A stretch of 32,000 nucleotides of DNA, taken from Mycobacterium leprae TN (GTDB lineage: Bacteria > Actinomycetota > Actinomycetes > Mycobacteriales > Mycobacteriaceae). Position 1 is the stretch's first letter, and every line of letters begins with the position of its first letter. The notes beneath the pieces were generated by a model. That model saw only the letters and a program-made list of their open reading frames with translations. It had not been told where the DNA came from and made no database searches. The position numbers and the translations under genes were made by a program. This document shows positions 11,000 through 19,160 of the stretch, in pieces. The stretch is taken from NCBI RefSeq assembly GCF_000195855.1, contig NC_002677.1, positions 2,550,001-2,582,000 of the forward strand, read 5' to 3'.

Positions 11000-12200
11000 C
11001 GCTAACGAGATTTCATGCATGCCGTACACTTGGACCAGACCAACACGCGAATTGCCGGACACCTGACGCTCGCCCGCCTTGCCTCGCAGCTTGACGCTAC
11101 CAGCTCGCTAGTTTTTCTTGCTCGCCGTCGGCGCACAGGACCGTCTCGTCCATTTGAATGACCTCGGGCGCCGGCACTGATGTCCTGCAACTGGGCGAAG
11201 TCGATGTCCTCAGGTCCGATGCCTGCCGTCCCCGGTAGACAGCCTTAGCAATCGTACACCTCTTAGGCGAAGCGTCTTCGACTAACGGGGCAAAAGTGGC
11301 ATGCACCTCGTAGGCGCCATAACGCCGGGTGCGGATCTCGGTAACATGCACATGCACCGTTTTGTCGGTGAACTTGTGCGCGATATCGCCAAGGCACACG
11401 ATCACGGCGAAGGCACCCTTATTGAGCGCACAGAACATGCATTGCGTTAAGGATCTCGTCCTTAAGAATCGGCTTGCGACGGAACACATTCGTATTCAGT
11501 GCGCCGTTGCAGTAGTTCTTAGCAGCGACTTTAGCCAGCGTGGCTTGGGAAATGTTGTGACTTGTTGGCCTTCATGCCGAAGAACTTGGTGGTGACGAAC
11601 TGTCCTTTCTGCACGTACCACTGCGGCAGCCCAACTTAGCGGGATCGTCAGCGAAGGCTCCGCGAGGTACGTTTCCAGGCCTACAATGACGCCGATGTCG
11701 TACTTGCCCAACCGAATAGTGTCAACGTCCTGTTGAATGGCGCTGGCTGCTGTGGCGCACGCTCGTCACCCCGCGTCCGTCAGCGTGGATTGGACGTAAC
11801 CCATCTGCATCGCGTCTTATCGAACCTCCCAAAAGGATGCAGACCCACCCCAACGGTAGCTACATCATTAGTCATCTCCAGCTCCGACCGGAGCTAACAC
11901 GTACGTGAGGATTTCTTTGCTGCCTTCGTCATTGGTGAGCGACACCATGGTGGGCTCGACCTCCTGGCGAACTGCAACTTGACCGGGTCGTTCTCGATCA
12001 GCCGATCCTCGACCGGGGTCACGTCGCCCAGCGGGACCAGGCCTATGCCGACTGGCACGAAATGCGTGCCAGTCGGGCCGGCATAACGGCGATCCGATCA
12101 GGAAACCCTGGATGGTCCACGCCACCACAGTCCCACCGGCGCAGCAACAACAACTCGCTAATCTGTCCGCCACAGCCACCTCGGCTGTGCAAGAAAGGTG
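11000..12200 (-). pseudogene. Unidentified decayed coding region(s)
   Basis: Protein-like fragments in shifting minus frames (ORFs 11097-11489, 11496-11711, 11868-12179, for example ...EVEPTMVSLTNDEGSKEILTYV; MGKYDIGVIVGLETYLAEPSLTIPL). No family recognised. Confidence 0.3.
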
Positions 12201-12949
12201 GTGGCACCACAGTCACCGTATTGACCGTCGATCAACTGCCGATTTTCGGCATACCAGGTAGAGATCTCGGGGACAAGCGTCTTCTACAGAAGAAAACACG
12301 CTCACTGAGAAGTACAACAGCGTTACACAAAAAAAACGGAAGTTGAATTCTTATTGCCGTAACCCGCATGCTCCGGCTGCCGTCCCGGCGCACCGCACCG
12401 CACCGACTAATAGGTCACCCCCACAAATTATGGATATCACTTTCCTAGTTCTGTGTGATGCCCTCCGCGCAATACCCATGTGGCATGCGAGACTGATGAA
12501 GCAACCGCACAACGACAGCTACCTTGAAATCGCAGTTGCAACTCATAGAGATAACCATGTAAATTACAGTGCTATTAGAACTGAAATTCAAGCTGTGAAG
12601 GGGTGCAAGCCACCAGCGACGTCATAGGCTGGGTGCTATGGGGACACCCAAGCTTTCGACGGGAACCTCAGCACTGACATGCTCGTCAATCAATACAACG
12701 AAACGCACCGGATCATCTACGAATTCTGGGACACAGTTGAGCAATGCTAAGCATAGCACAGATTTCGTGCCAACGAAGGTCGGGCGAAGTTGCCTTCATT
12801 ACTGGCCGCACCTCCGGTCAAAACGAGGTACATCACGACCAATATTTAGCTCAACGCGGGCACCACTTAGCCAGAAAGCTGAAGTTCAAAGGTAGTTTCG
12901 TTGTATGCAGTCAGCAGCAATTTTGGTTTAGAGAAGGCTGTGTAGCCGT

Positions 12950-14340
12950 GCAGACCGACGGTTTTAAGTGTGAACGCCTCGGAGATCGATAGGCAGTACC
13001 CGGGTCGGCTCTAGATAGTATGTATTGATGCACGATCATCGTCAACTCCAACGCCATTTCGTGGAGGGCGAATCGGCGACCGATGCAGGTGCGGAGCCCG
13101 GTCCCAAAGAGGATTTATAGGTATACGGGGCAGCTTCCTGCAAATTTCCGGCAAGACTCGGTCGGGGTTGAATTCGTTAGCATCGGGCCCCCAGGCATCG
13201 GCGCGGTTAACAGGACGATCACCCATTGGCCTTTGTGGAAAAGAGATGTGCCGTTTCCGAGAGTGGTGTCACGGCGAGCCTGGCGCAAGTAGCAGGGCAC
13301 CACCAGACCACAGCCGCAAAGTTGCGTCGACGACACGACGTAAGCATCGCAGTTTAACGACATCGCCGAACAATACGATACGTTGGCGATACCACGATCT
13401 GACCGGTTTTGGTAGATTTCGCGGCGGGTTTGGGCGGCGATGTCGTGGTGGATGGAGAGGAGATAGTGCAAGGCGAACGCGATGGCGTTGGCCAATGTTT
13501 GGCTGCCGCTGACTAACAGCGTGAGGATCTGGTTAACAACATTATCAGTGTCGAGTTGCTCGCCGGTGCTGGGATCGGCACTGTACAACATGATGTCGAG
13601 AATGTCGTCGTGCTGACTTGCTGTCGGGTGACGACAGCCGCCAACCTAAATACGAGAAGAGGTATTCGTCGGCGGATGTAGGCATTGTCGTGTGACATGC
13701 TGTTATTGGTATTTTGCCCGAAGAGTTTGTTATAAAACAGTATGGCATTGATGCGGGAGGTAAGTCTGAAGTAGCTGCTTACACGTAACAAATGCGTTGC
13801 TGCTGGGCTCCTCCTGAGTTTGCTGCAGGAGTAGCCCAGTCCGGTACTGGTAATGATTTCGGTGGGGAGCCGGTTAGCTTGGGCAGGGATGTCGATCTAG
13901 AATCGGTCGGCGCTATCGTCGGTAGCCCAGAACTCGATGAATTCACGCACCGCAGTAGCCATGGTGCGGTGGTAAATCACCATAGCTGTTTTGGTAAAGG
14001 CGGGCAATAGAATTGTTGTGAGCCTTGCCCCAGTTGGATTCCTTGTTATAAGCGGGTGAACAGCTCGTCACCCATAAGGAGGCGCAGTTTGCGCATAACG
14101 AGCCCAATATGTTTTCCCACACGGTTTCGTCATTGATCTAGTCAATAACAATGGGGTCAGCCAGCGCGATGATCGACAGGACTGAGATGCGTTGCTCGAC
14201 GATTCCGCTGCCAAGCCTTGCCGAACTGAACGGTCAGTCCTTAGGCAGTTTGGCAAAGCGAATAGTGATCATATCACCAACAATAAACAACTGCAAACGC
14301 TGACATGGAATCGACATGAGGATAACCAGGCCCATACTGA
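12950..14340 (-). pseudogene. Cytochrome P450 pseudogene, CYP102-like haem domain
   Basis: N to C on the minus strand over several frames: IPCQRLQLFIVGDMITI; GSGIVEQRISVLSIIALAD..IDQINDETVWENI; YNKESNWGKAHNN; STGEQLDTDNVVNQILTLLVSGSQTLANAIAFALHYLLSIH; DTTLGNGTSLFHKGQWVIVLL; NRADAWGPDANEFNPDRV; RRFALHEMALELTMIVHQY. Confidence 0.75.
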
Positions 14341-14599
14341 CGAACTTACCTTCATCGTATCGAGTCCGGATAGTGTCGATGTGTCCAGTGGCAGCGTAGA
14401 CGGCCGACCACCATTTCGCCAGCTTCAATAGTTTGGGTTGCTTACCCCTCCCAGAGTTGTTGCCCGCTCAGCATTACGTGGGCCTGGCTCAGGCGTGGCG
14501 CCAGCGGCTTTGTCTCTGACGGCCTAAGCCCAGATGCAGAATCTCGATTGCGGCGTCATGTTCCCAAGCCGGTGCAGCGTTAGAGGAACCTGACTAGAT

Positions 14600-15420
14600 C
14601 GGCCCGGGCTATTTCACTGCAAAAAGGAGCGGCCAAGATGGCGTCACGAATTTCTACTACGGTTTGGTATCGTTGCAGCGTGGTTTTAAGGTGTCGACGG
14701 TCATCGATGTCGAAGTAGAGTGCACATTGTAGGACCGCAGTTACCATACTCTGCCGCAACGGCTACAACTTACGCCAGCTGCGGCTGATCCGATCTAGTC
14801 CCGGGCCGCCAAGTAACTTCATCATGCACGGCACAACACTGACCATGCGGTGCCGAACACCGTCCAGAAATTCATAGACCTGCGGACCCGCAACCTGTAG
14901 TCAGCGGTATCAGTACAGCCAAGTTGGTCGGAAATCTGCAGGAAAACCTCTTGCAGAACGGTCAGTGCAAGCAGTACACCCAGTAGCAGTGTGTTGATGG
15001 TGATGAGGCGTTCGCTGCGCTGGGTGACATTACGCGGCTCAAGCAGAGACTTCCAGAGTAGGTTCAAAAACCTAAGACCACGATCAGGGTCATGCAGAAG
15101 GCCCGGGCGACTACACAATCCCAGCCTCCGGCGGCTTCAAGAAACTTGACGAAGGCCGGAGCGTGGGTGCCACAGATGAGATATGCCGCGCACAGAAACA
15201 GCACGGCCAGGCGATCGTTGCCTCGACGCGTTTTGACCGGCGACAATCCCGTCCACAGCAAGATGAAACCAATAAATTCAGTGATAGCCAAGCCAACACA
15301 ACGCCATATATGTTGCTAGGTATCAGCGGACCATGGACAGTGTGTTATGCACGAGGTGCTCATGCAGCAACTGATCCAATAGCGTAAATGCCATAAGGTT
15401 GTTGAGGTATATGCCATACA
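14600..15420 (-). pseudogene. Integral membrane protein pseudogene resembling the MAB_1171c/DUF6545 family
   Basis: MAITEFIGFILLWTGLSPVKTRRGNDRLAVLFLCAAYLICGTHAPAFVKFLEAAGG...ARAFCMTLIVVLGF, then RSERLITINTLLLGVLLALTVLQEVF and a C-terminal LYFDIDDRRHLKTTLQRYQTVVEIRDAILAAPF stretch. The order TM segments then soluble tail with a (V)IEIRDxxLAL-type motif fits that family as I recall it. Confidence 0.5.
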
Positions 15421-15499
15421 GGTTGTTGTTTAACCATCGACAGCGCGTGACGACAATGGTCATCGTAAACATGATCAACGGCCAGGCAATCACACCTGA

Positions 15500-15960
15500 C
15501 ACTGTCGAACTCATCAATGGATTTCCTGAGTCAAGCGCATTGGAAGAAGACGTTGCACATCATCGAAGTTTGCTCGCCGGCTTCGACTGCGGCGATCACC
15601 AGCACATTCGCGAACACTTCAGCGCCACGCTCTTGATCGTCAACAAAAATTTACTCCCCAACACGCTTTGCACTGTAGTGGGATAGATTTCAGGTAGCAG
15701 TTTGCGAAACATCTCGACGTTCGGTGTGCTTTCGATATCGACTTGTCGACCGCCGGAGTGTCCCAATACCATGTGTCCGATTTCGTGACACACGATTTGA
15801 TCGATGTGGTAGTCCGACGTCCCGACTTGGTAAAAGAGCAGGTCTTCAACGCTGGATAACCATAACCCACACTGCTTTTCAGTGGCTGTCAAGATATCGG
15901 TGGGTATTAGCTGGATAGGAAGACCTCTTTAACAGGAGAGTTTCTCCGCTGTTCCAGCGC
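15500..15960 (-). pseudogene. ImmA/IrrE-type (ParH-like) metallopeptidase pseudogene
   Basis: EKQCGLWLSSVEDLLFYQVGTSDYHIDQIVCHEIGHMVLGHSGGRQVDIESTPNVEMFRKLLPEIYP contains the zinc-binding HEIGHxxLGH. A GAEVFANVLVIAAVEAG remnant follows after a frameshift. Confidence 0.7.
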
Positions 15961-16024
15961 CCAGGGATCGACAACGTACGTGCTAGAACGAATAGATCGA
16001 CATTACACATTGCCACCGAAGTAG

Positions 16025-16446
16025 CTTACCTGGGAAGGTACGACCGGAGGAAGTTGCTCAAGCTGGTGCACATGATCAACCATTGCTGCCAAGCTGTTGC
16101 GGTACTAGGGAGTTAAGCCGGAGGAACACATTGCCAGGTCACATACCCCACTATCACGTAGCACTTATACGAGGTTGGTATTGACATCGATGCATGGATC
16201 GATGTCAAAGTCGATCAGGTAAGACGTTGGGAAACGAAAGAATTCGTCGATAGCGCGATGATGCTGTACGGTCAGGTCGTTTTTGACCCCGGCGTACTGC
16301 TGCGACATGTAGGCCGTGATGATCGATATCCGGTCTGTTTGGTGACTACCGTCGCGGCTACAACTTTAAACAGCGCTACCTCAGCGAGGCTTCGCATTAT
16401 CTTTGAAGAATTTATCGAGCTTCATCGACAGCTCAGATTTTCCTGA
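16025..16446 (-). pseudogene. XRE-family, EspR-like transcriptional regulator pseudogene
   Basis: ELSMKLDKFFKDNAKPR, ...ITAYMSQQYAGVKNDLTVQHHRAIDEFFRFPTSYLIDFD, LRDSGVCDLAMCSSGLTP...SLAAMVDHVHQLEQLPPV. This matches the pattern (Y)LSQLRsGxrxNPTxxhLxAIAxFFxVpxxYF and the C-terminal helix of EspR-like proteins. Confidence 0.65.
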
Positions 16447-16668
16447 AAGGCACTCTGACCCAACCGTGCTGATCAAATACCTTCTTTCCACATACATTCT
16501 CGCGTTATGCGCAGAAATTATTACACGACCCCGAGGAGCGCAACGCCAAGTTAAGATCAGTAAATGTTGCAAATTGCATAAAATGTAATTATTATCAATG
16601 TGTAGTAGTGCTCACAGCCTTCCCTAAATAGCACCAACCAAGCCTATGGCCACGGCATAGCGGGATCG

Positions 16669-17076
16669 GTGTCCAAACAGATCGCCGCTCATCAGCCCCG
16701 TATCCAGCCGGCGCACCAGCCTTCATGGTTACCGTTCATGGTCTGGGTCACCACCGAAGGTGACAAGCCGGGCCGTAAACTTCCCCACCCGAATACCGAC
16801 TGTGCCAGATCGACCTTGCCGGACCTAGTCCATGGAACGTTCGGTGCTGGTGTACTAGTCCGCAATCCCGCAATCGCACTCAACCTTCACACTGACAACA
16901 GCATTGCTTATCTCGTGCGACTCATCAATGTCGCTGGCCGCCACCAGTTGCTGATCCGCACCAGAGAAATCCACGAAAAACACTGGCCGCCAAATGATCC
17001 GACCCACAGTGAAGAAGACAGCTTCTACTTGCAACAAATTTGCTACATCGCCAACGTGCTACCAACGACTTACTGA
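16669..17076 (+). other. Orphan 135-aa ORF of unknown coding status
   Basis: Complete open frame MSKQIAAHQPRIQPAHQPSWLPFMVWVTTEGDKPG...LPTTY inside an otherwise broken region. Minus strand is also fairly open (16692-16883, 16855-17037). Confidence 0.2.
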
Positions 17077-17249
17077 TAGCAGCGGTGTAACAGCATAGCG
17101 TTCGCCACCATCGGGAGTGTTTCTTAGCCGCTCCTCACAAAGGATTCAGTGTAGAGTTCTAGTCCGCAGTCACCATCGACGCTCCGGGTTTGGTTGAAGC
17201 GCTGGCTGATGCCGAGGATACGTTGTTGATAGTCAAGGGAGTGAACGAG

Positions 17250-17266
17250 TGGTGGTGGTGGTGGTG
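17250..17266. repeat. (TGG)n / (CCA)n trinucleotide microsatellite, five-plus units
   Basis: TGGTGGTGGTGGTGGTG followed by TTGTT. Confidence 0.95.
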
Positions 17267-17711
17267 TTGTTAGCCTGCCACATATGGCGCCCACACAGAG
17301 ACCGTTTCGCAAGGCAGACAACCAGGCCGAACCCGCGTACCGCAAATCGATAACAAGGACCTAACCTAGTTTCTGACAGCGCTACCATAAATACGATGGA
17401 TGACCATAACCAGCAATAGGAGTGAAACTATTTCAGCTGAAAATCGCCAACAAAAAATCTGTTTAATGCAGGTATTATTCACCTGGTGCTACGACTGCTG
17501 CAACGGCCGTACTACTCGGTCTAGCTTCCTAGAAGCAGAGCTGCAACGTGATGCACGCTCGCACAAGAATTATTGTGCCAGAACGATTCCTAAAATATCT
17601 ACAAACTAGGATGATGACTCACTTCATGCCGCCACCCGGCTTAGTCGCATTTTCCCAGCGCGACGCGCGCAACGTCTACCGAGGACACTCGCAACGCTTT
17701 GATAAAGGGTT

Positions 17712-17745
17712 GCGCTAAGTCCACCCGCGCGGGTGGACTTAGCGC
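17712..17745. repeat. Perfect 34-bp palindrome
   Basis: GCGCTAAGTCCACCCGC|GCGGGTGGACTTAGCGC, 17-bp arms with no spacer and no mismatch. Confidence 0.98.
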
Positions 17746-17859
17746 TGAGTCCTGGGCCTCTGCTGTCGTCGGATTCGAACCGAATACCAGCCTTGCCGAG
17801 CCGGTAACGCCACGCCAACGCCTTGTCCATGAGGCCAAGCTCGGCCCAGGGCCGTCAGT

Positions 17860-18250
17860 TCGGCCCACACCAGTACGAAATCCTCCATGGTGCCGGTAGT
17901 GTAAACTGGCATATAACTGAAGCAACTCGCGGGAACCGGTTTAGCCAAGTTTTTCCTGGTTGGTAACGAATTGCTCGCCCCCGTCGATCAGCGGAACCAA
18001 GATGCTGCGCAACAGGGCTTCTCACGAGACATAGATGACAGTACAGCGCGGGTTTGATGATCCCCAACTTGTCCGGCGACGTCGTGCAGGCTGGCACGCT
18101 GCTGCACCCTGCTGAAGAAACAGGTCCCGAACGACTCTCTTGGATGTGCCGTCGGGTGCCTGACGGAGGCTATTCACTACAACAAGCGTAACTGACTTAC
18201 CGATAGGTAAGCACGGGTGGTTAAGCTTACCAAACGTTAAGTAGGTGAGG
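17860..18250 (-). pseudogene. Possible TetR-family regulator pseudogene
   Basis: RDLFLQQGA... followed in another frame by DKLGIIKPALYCHL, resembling the TetR HTH pattern (IAxxLGVTKAALYYHF). Confidence 0.4.
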
Positions 18251-18689
18251 AGCTTGTCGGAGAATTCAGCGAAGTTGGGCGTGCTGCCGCGGATCGAGGC
18301 GCTGGCCACCAGAACGAACGCCGAGACGAATTTGGCCGCGAGGGCCACGCGCCGACTGGTCCGCATAGATATCCACCAAGGCTGTAGGCAGCCTGTATCC
18401 GACAGGCACGTGTGCAATCGTGCGTGACAATCTTAGCGAGGCGTACTACGACGTCGGCTGCGACCACATCGAGTACCTAGTTCGGTAACTCTGATCACGG
18501 CCACGCACCCCCGACAGCGAGGTGACCTTCGAGCGCGCGACGCCACGCAAGTCCGACTTCGTGGTAGGAACCCCGGCGGGCTGCACTCAAACGTTCGTCC
18601 CCTGTTTTCGGTGAGGATTCCGGGCATACCCAATTCCTTGGTGGGTACCGGGTGGTGGAGTCGTTGCCGAAAAAGCTTTGCACACGAAG

Positions 18690-19060
18690 ACCAGATGTGA
18701 TCAGTCACATCGACGCTGGCCGTCTAGCGGCGATCTACACTGCGCAACCCCTCGACGATGCACGCAATGTTCCTGTTCCGCACCGAAAACGAACTCAAGT
18801 ATCACTACCGAGATTCCTTGCGTCAGCAGGAGTTGCTGCGCGCGGGGTTGACCAAGATACATACGCAGATGAACAACTGGCTTAGCAAGCCCGAACGGGC
18901 ACCCACAGCATTCTATTTCTACTCGATCACTCATTGGCAGCTAGCCAGCTGGCCGCGCGGACGAATCGTGCTAGCCAGTGACGCCTACTACACTGCCCGG
19001 GGCCCGCGGTGGATGGCAACACCAGTCTTTCGATACTCAGCGCTTACGTGCTAACAGGCA
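18690..19060 (+). pseudogene. FAD-dependent monooxygenase pseudogene (C-terminal portion)
   Basis: FRTENELKYHYRDSLRQQELLRAGL and PTAFYFYSITHWQLASWPRGRIVLASDAYYTARGPRW, resembling (L)YFDSISQIxxxxWSRGRVVLVGDAAYCPSPLSG of TetX/PHBH-like FAD monooxygenases. Confidence 0.6.
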
Positions 19061-19160
19061 AACGGAACATCTACGAACGGCAGATAGTTGTTCCCGTGCG
19101 CAGCCCCCAGGTTATGTTTCGACGCTAGGACCGGCCGAACGCGACCAAAAACCAAAACGA

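Noticed and set aside
17757-17830. tRNA-like GGTTCGAATCC motif on the minus strand beside the palindrome
   Set aside because: The T-stem pairs only about 4 of 5 bp, and no convincing anticodon arm or acceptor pairing with a CCA-proximal stem could be made. Probably chance.
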